Shown: positions 28,205 to 40,319 of the stretch, one piece after another | How the letters are laid out: each line of letters begins with the position of its first letter | Numbering within the stretch: the stretch's first letter is position 1 | Assembly: GCF_009914755.1 (NCBI RefSeq) | Contig: NC_060932.1 | Reading direction: 5' to 3' (one strand) | Length of the DNA: 64,000 bases | Source: the human T2T-CHM13v2.0 reference genome, Homo sapiens | The notes under the pieces: model-generated | What the model saw: only the letters and a program-made list of their open reading frames with translations | Told to the model about the DNA's origin: nothing | Database searches by the model: none | Made by a program: the position numbers and the translations under genes

Positions 28205-28950
28205 AACAGTTACCATTGTTTGGGTGCATGCTAAGTTCTTTACGTGAATTATCTCATTTAATCCTTCTACTAGTCATCTATTGCATATAACAAATTTTAC
28301 CCAAAATTAGCAGCTTAAAACAGCAAACACTTATCATTTTACAGTTTCTGTGCATCAGGAATCTAGGTATGGCTTAGCTGGGTGTCATTGGCTCCATTTG
28401 TCCCATAAGGCTGTGGTCAAATTGTGAGTTGGTCCATGCAGCTATCCTGTCAAGGCTCAAGCAGGGCTGAAGAGCACACTTCCAAGCTTATTTGGTTGTT
28501 GCCAGGCCTCAGGGGATCTTCTTCCAAGTTCACTCATGTGAGCCTCTTCACAGCACTCATGATGTGGAAGCTGATTTTCTCCAGAGTGAATAATCCAAGG
28601 GAGTACTAAAGAGAACACCCAAAATGGAAGCCACAGTCATTTGTATCTTAATCTCAGAGTGGCATCCATTCAGTTCTGCCATACTCTATTCATTAGAAGG
28701 AAGTCTAAAAGTTCAGGCCATTATGAAGAGGATAACATTACACAAGGGTGTGAATATCAGAAAGCCTAGAATTACTGGAATCCGTCTTAGAGGCTGTCTA
28801 CCGTAATATGAAAAAATTAATAGTCTTATGAGGTTAGCACTTTTATAGGTAGATAAGAAAATGGAGGTACACGTTGGTTAAATAACTTTCCCAATGTTAT
28901 ATGGCTGATAAATGAGCAGGCTAGGATTCTAACTCAGAAAACAGAGTCTA
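28205..28950 (-). mobile_element. MIR split by an MLT1 LTR
   Basis: TGAATTATCTCATTTAATCCT lies left of the LTR and ATGAGGTTAG…GGTTAAATAACTTTCCCAATG…GGATTCTAACTCAG lies right of it. Confidence 0.65.
28268..28805 (-). mobile_element. MLT1F-type MaLR solo LTR
   Basis: AGCAGCTTAAAACAGCAAACACTTATCA…CAGTTTCTGTG…CACAAGGGTGTGAATATCAG…TCTTAGAGGCTGTCTACC. Confidence 0.8.
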
Positions 28951-29089
28951 GAAAGAAATTAAAACTCAAACAGAGAAGTGAATTCTAGGAAAGTAATGGA
29001 GTATAAGTACAACCCAGAGACACAAGTGTGGAATTATATATGATATGAATAATGTAGAGCCAATGATGAAGAAGCTGGTAGGAGATCTA

Positions 29090-29430
29090 GCTGGAAAAAA
29101 AATGGGCTAATGTTAGTGAGTTTTTACTAAAACTGAATTTGGAAATGGATAAGTGAGAAGTCTGCAATTGTTTACAACAGGAAAATAATGTGGTCAAAGT
29201 CTGACTTTATGAAGATTTGTCTAGAAGTGTGCAAGACAGCCTGGAGTGGCATCATACAAAAGATATGGAGACCTGTTTCAACGTGTGCATATACTGCCAT
29301 GAGAATCTGGCCAAAGTGAGAGTCAGTGGAAAGAACAGGCAATATCTACAAGAAAGAATCCCCAAGTATTGTTCATCAGCTGGATAAGAAATTTAAAACT
29401 GTCAGAAATTACTCCAAGGTTTGGAGAAAA
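29090..29430 (-). mobile_element. L2 fragment
   Basis: ACAGGAAAATAATGTGGTCAAAGTCTGACTTTATGAAGATTTGTCT…ACTCCAAGGTTT. Confidence 0.5.
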
Positions 29431-29564
29431 GGATATTGTAACAGAGGAAGTGCGATTACAATTTCAACAGGCAGGGTTTTTGCCTGATTTGTTTACTGTT
29501 GCTTTTCAGAGCCCAGAATATGTCATCATAAGTCCTCATTGAATGAATAAATAACCGAAGCTGT

Positions 29565-30060
29565 CACTTATTAGATTAACACCCCAATTAACTCACACAA
29601 CCACAAACAAATGTAAGAAAGATTAATATTGTAATGTTTCGTGCCATTAAAATTTAGTTGGGTTTCATGGGAACTGGAGAACATCACGAACCAGGGCACT
29701 GCTCACTTGGGTGTGCTTGTACACTAAATTTTCTATCTCTCTCTCTCTCCCCGCAAGGTGTCTTAACCTGTTTTTATAGGCACGTCTACTCCAGTCTCTG
29801 CTGTGTATTGGCAGGCTTTCCAAATGTTTTCCCACAATTTCAGCTTGCCATTAGCTTTCATTTGCATGGATAAAAACCCTAAGTTAGACTTTATAGGTTA
29901 CAAGTTTTACTACAAAATACTAGTAAACTCTTCTTGTGTTCAAATAAGAGAGAGAAGAAAGTAACAGTTTCTGTCTGGCTCAAGCTTGGGTCAGATGTCT
30001 CCCCTATCTAATTAGCATTGACATTGTTAGGTAGGTAGAAGGTTATGAAGTCTATTTCTC
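29565..30060 (-). mobile_element. Highly diverged MLT1J/K-like LTR
   Basis: TCTCTGCTGTGTATTGGCAGGCTTTCC…CTGGCTCAAGCTTGGGTCAGATG. Confidence 0.4.
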
Positions 30061-30159
30061 TCAAAGCAGGTAGAGAAATATTATTTGGGAAGATAGCATA
30101 AGTAAGGTGACAATTTTATGGTCATGTGTAGTACAGGATACATTATTTCTAATTGTTGA

Positions 30160-30300
30160 CAATAGATAGCCCTTGATGAGTTCAAAATATCAGATGAGCG
30201 AACTCAGGCTCAGATGGGTAATTTACCTAATGTTACACAGCTCATAAGTGGTTGCAGACAAGATCCCAGATCCTCTACTTTCTGCCTCTAAAACTACTGT
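30160..30300 (-). mobile_element. MIR fragment
   Basis: CAGATGAGCGAACTCAGGCTCAGATGGGTAATTTACCTAATGTTACACAGCTCATAAGTGG. Confidence 0.65.
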
Positions 30301-33300
30301 CTTGCCCTTTTCACTTCTTACAGCACGATACCACTAAGAAAAATAAGGAAGTTAAAATTGGTCTGGCTGTTTGTTTAACTGGGAGTCAGGCAGGCCAGGC
30401 TGTAATAGGCCAGGTGCTAGTAATTGTGGACAACTAATATCCCTGACTTTTATCGCCACTCTGACCCTGTATCAACCTCACCCCATGCCTTACATAGAAT
30501 GAGGCTCCAAGACTGGAGAGGTCTGTCTTAACACTTTTCTTGCGATTAAACACTCTGGAAGTTAAACGGTTTATTTTGAGCTTTTATCAACAGAGCTGGT
30601 TTTCAAAATGACATTTGCCGTTTGTGGAGGCCACAGTTATCAAACTTTGATAGCAGAACTTTGGCAATGAAAAATTGGAAGAAATTGTAGTTATATAACA
30701 TTAGTGACAAATATAGGTTGGAGTGGTTAGTTAATTGGTTACTTGCTTTGCTGTAGGGGTAGGTAACCTGTTCCTGTTACAAAAAAAAAAAAAAAATTAA
30801 AAACAGTCAGTAGAAAGAAGGCAATTATAAACAGGAGAGATAAAATTAACACAGTGAGGCAAATGAAAAGGTGGGAATCTGAATAAAATAATTGCTGAGA
30901 AAGCAGGTAAAGACCTGCATCTCTTCCTATGTGACAAGAGGAACAGATGTGGCTGAATAAGAAAAATCTCTCTCAATACTGCATTCTGAATAAATAAAGA
31001 AATGATGTATTTTGCTGTGAATAAGGAATAAAAATAAATTTGTACTTGAGGAATGCAGAGGTTAGAAATAGAATTTATCCGTAAGATTCTCTCAGCTATG
31101 CTTAAATGAAATTGCATTGACATGGATACTCAAACAATATTAATTTATACATTTGTAAAATTATTGAAGAGTACTTAAGAGCAGGAAGTAATGTTCAATT
31201 GTCTTTATATGATTCACAGATTCTGCCACAGTACTATACTCATAGTAGATGCTTAATAAAAGTTTGCTGAGTGAATAAACCAACTACTGAAAGAAGGAAC
31301 AATACTTGCATTCTCTATTTAATTTAACAGGTTTCATAGTTGTATTTGGAAAATATAAATATTATGTACTTAATTGAGGAATTTTTTAATAGTGTAAAAA
31401 ATCTGCTTAGGCATTTGTAAGTCAAGTATTTATGACAGCAATTCCATACAATCAGAAATGTTTATACTTTGTGATATATTACAAGGATAGGAAGAATGAT
31501 TTTGCCAGGAAATGTTATTGTTGAGAAAAATTCTCAAATTTATTTTCATAAAAAGGGAGAAAATTATTGATAAACCCATCTAAATTTGCAGATTGGTGAT
31601 TTTTCAGAGGTTATTTGGGGTCATAATTGTAAATCTCATTACCGTGCTTGAAGGAGGTCTCTTTCATTATTAGGGTGTGCAGGTCCGTATCCCTGAAGCT
31701 AATTGCAAGGTAGAGCTGCAGAGCTCTAATTGTTTGCCATCAAAATAGCTGTGTAAGCTTGATTAACAGTGTTCAGCAACATTCATAATAGCCCAAGCCT
31801 GGCCCTGCATAAAATAGAAACTGGGAAAAAATCAATAAGATTTAATAAGATCAGGAACAATCACTTACAATAGTACATCAATCACACAAAGTAATAGGTG
31901 CAGGATTTGATAGGGTCCTGAACTGCCTGAGAGATTCATAACCAGTACTCATTAATGATTTGTTCATTTGCATTTTATCAATCCAACTACAGCTGACAAG
32001 CAGAAGGAGTGGGAAAGAAATATGTTGACTTAAACTCATCAGCTTTGCAATTAAAAAAAATAACATATAATAGCAAATGTCTTGTCACATGAAAATCTGA
32101 TGTTATTACAAAGGTGTGTGCAATCATTGGCTCTTCAGAATGAGCTGCTGTTAGACTTGCAGAATAGCTAGCATAACAGTGTCCCTGTGGTCACCAGGAA
32201 GTCTCAAAAGGTTAGAGAAAATGTACATGTGAATATAAATTTCCTCTCCATCTCTCATAAAGCTCAATTGCATAATAATATTTAATGCAAAATGTGCATA
32301 TTTCCTTGTTTTTATCTCTTTGAAATAAATGAAGCTCCTGGCTTTGCCTTAGGCAAAACTTCTATCATATGCTAAAACAATCATAATGAGATGGCTTTCT
32401 GGTGATTATTGATTATCATTATATTCTCTTTTGGTTGATGCTATGACTTTACAAAGTAATCATGTGGTATTTACTATCTTTATTAAAACACATTTTGGGA
32501 AGAAAGATAAATAGATACAATAAAATTGTGTAAACAAATTTCTAATTCTAAATACATGGTAGTTAGTAATATGAAAAAAAAATCCTCCTATAAACATCAG
32601 AAGCATAATGAAAAGTCTGAGCTGTTTCTAAGAAATTCATGTGGATTCCTGCTTAGAAAATTTCATATGGGCTTTCTGTGGAGGGAATTATGTGAATGGT
32701 GGGATGCAGAGCACATTGTCAGAAACCAGCAGTGGGACCATCCAAAATGTGGATTAATTAGTCTCTGTCTATAACTTCAGTAAATAATGTGCTCCTTCAG
32801 AGAAAAACATTATGATTCAGGTCTTTGTAGAGGATGTTTAAATAGCTGATTTCTATATAGGATGTTTTAATTCAATCAAAGTACAGGTAAAATCCCATTA
32901 TGATAGACTCCATGGGGCCTCTAAATTGTTTTGTTGTGGTAGAATTTGGTTAAAATGAATAAATACATTTATCACATTCTCAGTGTGTAGTACATACTAG
33001 AGAGACAGACTTGATGCCCAGTCTCTTTTCTATTGAATTAACACATGAAAAGAAATGCTTTGAATAGGCAGCAGGAACCAGGATCAAAATATAATGCTCC
33101 CACACCTTTCAAGCTTTTCCTAAATTCTGGATCACTTTCAAAATGGTTTTGGTATTAAGATAAAGTTTTTATTTTTTCCTTTGTTAAAAATAGCATTGAT
33201 TAGGCAGACCAGACTTTCGGAATCTAACAGAGTGAAGAAAATAAAAAGTAGTTATTATTTGTTCTCTTGACAAAAGTAACTGTAAATAACTCAATTATGT

Positions 33301-33402
33301 GCAGCTTAATTTGCTTTTCCTACACAGCAAACTACACAGAATCAAGTGCTTCAATTATATAGGTTGACTCTTCTCAGGCCATTAAACAAGGAGAGCATTA
33401 GT

Positions 33403-33490
33403 AAATTTACTAAGAATCAATTTATCGAATACCAATTTGCCTAAAAGCAAATTGATAAATGTCCAATTTACTGAAAGATCAATTCACAAT
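33403..33490. repeat. Degenerate 15-16 bp tandem repeat, 6 units
   Basis: Units start at 33403, 33418, 33433, 33448, 33464 and 33480, mostly beginning CAATT (variants AAATT, CAAAT). Confidence 0.6.
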
Positions 33491-33822
33491 AATTTTTGAC
33501 ATTCAATGATTTTTATGCATGTGAATTTGTTAGTTTCAAGTATAATTATCAATTATATGGAAATTATTGCTACTAGTTTTGCTGGAGTATGGAAATGATT
33601 TTGTTATTCTGAACATTCTTACCTTTCATTTACTGAAGAAACATTTTTAGCACTGGCAGTGTAACAGGCTTAGGAGGCATAGATAGTAATAAAAGATGTA
33701 TTCAAAAAGTTTACATTGTAGAAGAAACAGGAAGAAACCACACTTATCTTTTAAATATTCTAATAAAAACATAATAATGTGCTCTCAGGAGTCAGGAGAA
33801 GGTTTGATGAATTGTGGGTAGG

Positions 33823-33950
33823 TAGACTGTCCACTTAATTTATCATCTCCAAACTACACACTCTTGAGAGTGGAAAGTGGGCTGTTAATAGTTACGTTGA
33901 AACAATAGGAGTAAACAAGGACAAGCAAACCAGAATATATGTTCACTTTA
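33823..33950 (+). mobile_element. MER94-like hAT-Blackjack MITE
   Basis: TAATTTATCATCTCCAAAC…ACACTCTTGAGAGTGGAAAG…GCAAACCAGAATATATGTTCACTTTA. Confidence 0.65.
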
Positions 33951-34269
33951 GATATAGGAGAAGAGGATAACGTATGGGTTGTTGAGGGATCTGTTGATAT
34001 TTGAGTTGAGATATTAGAAATAAAAAGAATTTCCCAACTTCAGGTAAATAAAATCCATTTCATGGACAAATATACATGAGTGATAGTACAGAGTCAGAAA
34101 ATTGTCTTGTGTGTCTGTTGAATAGTGAAAGACATTGAAAAATGAAGCTATGGCTTATAGAAGATTTTGAATATACATATCATTGTGTAGAATAGAAGTA
34201 TTTAGGAGGAAATAGCAACAGAGCAAAAAAGTATATGACATTATTTAAATAGTTAACGTGTTGTTCCCT

Positions 34270-34435
34270 AGAAACAAAGAGGCTTAGATTGGCATCCCAG
34301 CTCCTGTACATTACCAACTGCTTGACATTGTTAAGTTGTTTCATCTCATAGCTTCATTTTCCTCATTATATATAATTCATATAAATCACCTATTATGGTG
34401 TTTGACACATAAGTGCTCACTGCTCGTTAGTTGTT
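34270..34435 (+). mobile_element. MIR
   Basis: ATCCCAGCTCCTG…TTAAGTTGTTTCATCTC…CTTCATTTTCCTCAT…TGACACATAAGTGCTCA. Confidence 0.6.
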
Positions 34436-34712
34436 ATTTTTAATTTAAAAAAACTGTGTTGTAATATAACTGAAATTACTTCAAATCCTAGTGTTTGATT
34501 ACAATAAAATGACAATTTATCTGAAACTTAAAATTTTTATTTTAATGTGAGTATATACATAAACAACTCTTCAGTTTATCATATATTATTCAAATGATGT
34601 ACTTTGAATAAGACCTCTACTTTAAAAAAAACAAAAAAGAAACACTCTAGTAGGAACTTTGAGAATGGATCATGGAGGAGAGATCAAAGGCAAGAAAATT
34701 ATTTAAAAATCT

Positions 34713-36893
34713 TGTGGCAGACATTTATTTTGGTGGCCCCCAATCAACTAAGCTCCCTGAAATGTATGCCTTTGTGTGTTCTCCCTCATCAATTCTGAGA
34801 TTGATCATGTGACTAGATATAATTAGCTTTGACCAATGGGACATGAGAAAGCGTAATGAAAATGAAACCTCAATAAGCATTTGCACAGTAAGGCTTGTCT
34901 TGTTGGAGTACTCTTTTTTGAAGCCCAGTTAAGAAGCCTTGTGAAAGACATAAAAAGGCCATATGAAGAGAGAAACAGAGATTCCCAGACTGACTTCAGT
35001 TGCTCTATACAACCCAGGTAAGACACCAGATATATAAGAAGGCCTCATGTACCATTCAACCCTCACAGATACCATGTAAAACACAGACAAGCTTTCCCAA
35101 TCAAGCCCAGAATCATGAACAAATAAATATTTATTATTTTAAGCTATTAGTTTTTAAGGTGGTTTTTATACAGCAACAGAAATTGGAACCAAGAAGTTGA
35201 GTTCTATCAAAACAAAATAGTAAAATACATGGCATTTGATTTTTGTACCAGGTAACAGGTGAAGGGCCGAAGGAGCATAGATAAAATTACTATTGTTTAG
35301 CAGTAATAAGGCTGGAGTAAAAAGTACCCAAACTATGTAGTATAGAATAATTAGTGACATTGTCACCTGCAGAAACATGAAAGTATTAATAGGTCTGGCT
35401 AAGATTTATAGAAAGAATATTGAAGGTGTCTACTAGATGCTTTTAATCTTCCTATCATAAAATATAGAAGGGCGAGGAGCTAAAGAAATAATAGTTTAGA
35501 GTTAAAGCGAAATTTAAAGGAACTACAGAGAAGATATGACTTGCTGTGTTAAAAAGCATTTTTTTCTTATGCCCAGAGTTTCCTGGAAAATTGCTCACAA
35601 AGTTAGAAGTTAACTCAGGTAATGATCAAGTTCTGGGTGCTGCCAGTAACACATGACCTCATAGTAAACATCAAGCCTAGGGGATACTGAAGGGCACTTT
35701 TTGAGGTTCCGGAAAGGCTTAAAGATGTGTCTCAGAGGAAGATAAAGAAGCTTCTAAAAATCTTAAAGATCTCAGTCACAGTACCCTCAATCACCAAGTT
35801 TTAAGAGAATTGCACTGATGAAACAACTGCCAGTTTGGACTAAAAGTTCTGAGACAGTTAAAAAAGAAAATCCTCTCCTGTGAGAAGGAAAAATATTAAG
35901 AAAGCTACTCAATCTAAAATATGCTCCATTTCTTATTGAAGAAAAAAAAAAGAAAGAAACTCATAGGGTAAATCCAAGGGCTAAAAAGACTGAATCAAAG
36001 TTCTGAAGGGAGCAAAACTGAGCCCAAAGCAGAGAGCTGGCAATATGTGCCTACCAAAATTTCAGAATTGCTAAGGACCAGTGGCTGCTATTTGACTCCC
36101 ACTCTCTCCATTTTTGAGTGGTAGTATCTACTGTGGCTTTCCTATCCCTAAATTACCAATGTATTTTAGGCATATTGAATAATACAATTTATCTCTGGTT
36201 TACAATTTTTTAGATTGAAAGGAACCACACCAAAGGATTCTCTGCTACACCTGGACCCAATTTAGATGACAAAATCATTTTCTTTGAGCAAAATCCTGGT
36301 GCCAAAATTAGATGAGATTTTGCATATTTTGGTAGGAGGGGAGGAGATTATGCTTTGTATGTGGGAAGAAAATAAATCCCTAGGGGCAATAGAACACATT
36401 GTGGTATACTTTTACTTTTGTGTGCCCTCCTCTATAACAAACAATGCCTCCTGTTAGTCATGAACCTATACATCCCTCTCCTCTATTGATTCTGAGCTTG
36501 ACCACATGACCAAAGAGACAATAGAAAGTGTGATGTAAATGATACCTTGATAAGTGCTTCCCATTGAACCTTGTTTTCTTGAAATGCTCCTTCTTGGTAC
36601 CCAAACACCAAGCTGCATGGAAGTCTATGCTAATTCTAGTGATGTAGGGAGACCACATGTAGAAAAAAATACGCCCATCTGGGTTCTAGCTGTTTCAGCA
36701 ATTCAAGCTGAAGTGTCAAGCAAGTAGAAAGGGCATTATGTACATTCTTGCCCCAACAATACCAGCTGGAGCAGAGATAAGCCCTCTCCACCACACCCTT
36801 CCTTAATCGTTTCATTTGGCAAATACCTAATCATTGTTTTAAGACATTAGAATTTGAGTTGATACATTATATAGAAAACATATAACAGTAACA
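34713..36893 (+). mobile_element. MLT1 (G/H-like) MaLR provirus: 5' LTR ~34713-35180, internal ~35181-36399, 3' LTR ~36400-36893
   Basis: Two homologous TGTGG… LTRs share TTCTGAG(A/C)TTGA(T/C)CA…AAG(CA/TG)…TTTTAAG. The MLT1-int start GAAATTGGAACCAAGAAG follows LTR1, and a purine-rich PPT-like TAGGGGCAATAGAAC precedes LTR2. Confidence 0.75.
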
Positions 36894-37293
36894 AAACCAT
36901 TTCAATTTTTAAGTTAGATATGGTGAAAGAGTTACATTATGAAAAAAGTAATCTGATATGTTGGATTACTACTTGTGGGAATGCCAAAGAAGAAGGTAGC
37001 AATGAGGACCACAAGCTGCTTGATTTAGAATGAGGGAATTGCTATGGTTTTAACTGAGAAAGGAACACAAAGGAAAAAAATGGATTTTAAAAGTTGAGGT
37101 GGGGGATAATTTGGTCTTACAAATAAATATTAAATGGCTTTTTAATCATTTCAGGTGCTTTAAAATAAGTCTTGACTCTCATAACCATGTCACAACTTGG
37201 CATGTGAAAGCCACCTATGAAAAACATTTATTTAGTTACTTTAAATTTTATATATTTTCTGCTTGTGTCCAGTGGGTTTTGTCCAAGGCGCTG

Positions 37294-37947
37294 CATGGTA
37301 GGCAGGATAGTGCCTCCTAACAATGATGTCCATGCCCTGATTTTTAGAACCCATAACAATGTCACATTATATGGCAAAAAGATTTTGCAGATATAATTAA
37401 GTTTATGAACCTTAAAATAGGGAGATTATCCTGGATGATTTGCATGGGCTCAACCTAATCATATAAATCCTTAAAAGCCAAGGACTTTTCTTCAGCTGAA
37501 GTCAGAGAGATGTGGAGGAAGAGAAAGAAAAATACATGCAGTGGAAGTGGGAGTAAGAGAGATTCCAAGTATCAAAAACATTAGATGCACTTTTTCTGGT
37601 TCTGAGATGTAGACAGAATACATAAGGACTGGAAAAAGGCTTCTGAGAAGGTAAGGAAAACCCTTTCCTGAAAGCCATTGAGAAAACATAGACCTCAGTT
37701 CTACAAATGCAAGAAACTGAAGTCTAACAACAACCTGCCTAAGCTGGGAAGAAGATTCTTCTTTACAAGCTCTAGAAATAAAAGGCACACCTTGTTTTTC
37801 ATCTTGTGAGACCCAGAATAGAGAAACTAGCTGAACCACCATGTGCCCAGTCCTCTAATCCATTCAAATAGTGAATTAATAATGGGGCTTGTGTTAAACC
37901 GCTACATTTTGTGGGAATTTTTAATAGCAGCAATAGAAACCCCATAT
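37294..37947 (+). mobile_element. MLT1E-type MaLR solo LTR
   Basis: ATGGCAAAAAGATTTTGCAGATATAATTAAG…TAAAATAGGGAGATTATCCTGGAT…AGCAGCAATAGAAAC. Candidate 5-bp TSD CGCTG / CTCTG. Confidence 0.85.
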
Positions 37948-38084
37948 GCTCTGTTCTGCAGGTTCTGTTATTTGCTTCTGGCTTATTTTGCACACCATTT
38001 ATACATCACTTCAGAACTTGTTGGCCTTATCTGTCTTTCATTTCGTCCACTAATGTAGTGACCAGTTCTGCAAAGGCCCTGATA

Positions 38085-38592
38085 AACAGAATTATCTTGA
38101 CATTCTGCAGAGGTAATGCTGTCATACTGGTTCACAATATTGATACTGTTATTTCAATTGGACCAGGTAAGCAAGGATTGGGAAGTATGCTTGATGCCTT
38201 ATCAAACCATATTCATATGAGAGAATAGAAGATTAAGCCTCAAAAAAAGACAAGTGAATATTTTAGGCATTTAAGGGTATGAGGCATCATATGACATCCC
38301 TTTTCTCTTTTTAAACAATTTCTTGTATAACTCACAGGCAAAGAATTTGGTGGAATTATCTGCATTTAGAAGGCCATTCATACCTCACTTAGAGCTACTG
38401 ATCCAACCTATTTCTTTGCTGACTATTTCAAATAGGGCCCAAGATAAAATGTAGTCTTCCCTGCATATGGGCTATGCAATCAAGCCAACCCAGTAGTGTT
38501 TCTACAAACTCTGTTGTATAGTGATGTTCTGTGGCAAGCCCCATAGTAGAGCCAAAGTATGAACTGAGTTACAGAGTAAGGATATGACCTTC
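38085..38592 (+). pseudogene. pol: Ancient ERVL-class (HERV16-like) pol/RT relic
   Basis: Peptide VILVHNIDTVISIGPGKQGLGSMLDAL aligns by eye to ERVL RT ITLVHYIDDIMLIGPDEQEVASTLEAL, with YIDD decayed to NIDT. Downstream similarity to the FWRQHIPHL and WQAP regions. Confidence 0.65.
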
Positions 38593-38819
38593 TAAAATAA
38601 AGACAAAATATCTCCAATAACTCTAGACACTTTATCTTTCTCACTAATCCTTCCACATTATCTCTTTGCAGAGATTGCTTTTGGCCAATATCTGAACTGA
38701 CCCTGCAATAGTTTGGCCTTGTACTTCCCCCTCACTCATAAAAATTGAGATTCCATAGAATAGAATAGTAGCCAGATATAATGAATGGCATGAGAAATCT
38801 GAATGGTCCTAGGGGTGTA

Positions 38820-39065
38820 TTTCATTGACCACTTCTTTTAACCACTTCTGATACTCTAGACCTCATCTGTCTCATTCCAGACACTCTATGGAAACTAGTT
38901 CAGCACAGCTTTATGTAACATTCTAGATTATACCACTTCACCTCTATTCCATGCTACACACATTTAACTTTCTTTCCGAATAATTACTTGTTTAAGGTGT
39001 GGAATGAGAATAAACCCAGTCGGCTCCCATGTATATGCAACCTGGAACTATGAGACAATTATTGT
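38820..39065 (+). mobile_element. LTR33-like ERVL LTR, 5' part
   Basis: Follows a PPT-like AGGGGTG and contains GCTCCCATGTATATGCAACCTGGAA, resembling LTR33. Confidence 0.45.
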
Positions 39066-39066
39066 C

Positions 39067-39182
39067 TATTAGGTAACTTAGTAAATTTTACATCGCTATA
39101 AAGGAATACCTGAGTATTCCTGGGTGATTTATAAAGAAAAGAGGTTTATTTGGCTCACAGTTCTTTAGGCTTTACAAGAACA
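39067..39182 (-). mobile_element. MST LTR 3' fragment
   Basis: CGCTATAAAGGAATACCTGAG…TTTATAAAGAAAAGAGGTTTATTTGGCTCACAGTTCT. Confidence 0.8.
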
Positions 39183-39828
39183 TATTAATTCTCCAGTAAC
39201 TGACCCCACAGTAAAGGAAATTTATAAATTGCTTGAAAAGTAATTCAAAATAATAATCTTAAGGAAGCTCAGTGAGATACAAGATAATTCAGATAGAATT
39301 CAACAAAATGAGAAAACCATTCATGATCTGAATGAGAAATTCAGCAAAGATATAGATATGATAAAAAAGTAAACATAAATCATGCTGCTAAATAATTTAA
39401 TCAATGAAGTAAAAAATGTAATAAAGATCTTTAACACCAGAATAGATCAAGCAGATGATAGAATCTGTAAATCTGAAGACAGGTGTTTTGCAATTACCCA
39501 ATCAGAGGAAAAAGAAGAAAAAAAAATGAAGAAAAGCAAAGATAGCTGTGAGACCTATGGGACACCATTAAGTGAACAAACATTTGCAATATAAATATTA
39601 AAGAAGGAGAAGAGGCAATGAAAAGACAGAAAGCTTATTTCATGAAATAATTGCTGAAAAGTTCCCAAGTCTTGAGAGAGATATTAATATCCAGATCCGT
39701 GAAGCTCAAAATTTCCCAAACTGATTCAACCCAAAGAGGTCCTCTCTAAGGCACATTGTAATCAAACTGTCAAAAATAAAAGGCAGAGAGAATTTTAAAA
39801 GCAGCAAAAGTATGAAGTCACACGTTAG

Positions 39829-40319
<491 letters not shown>

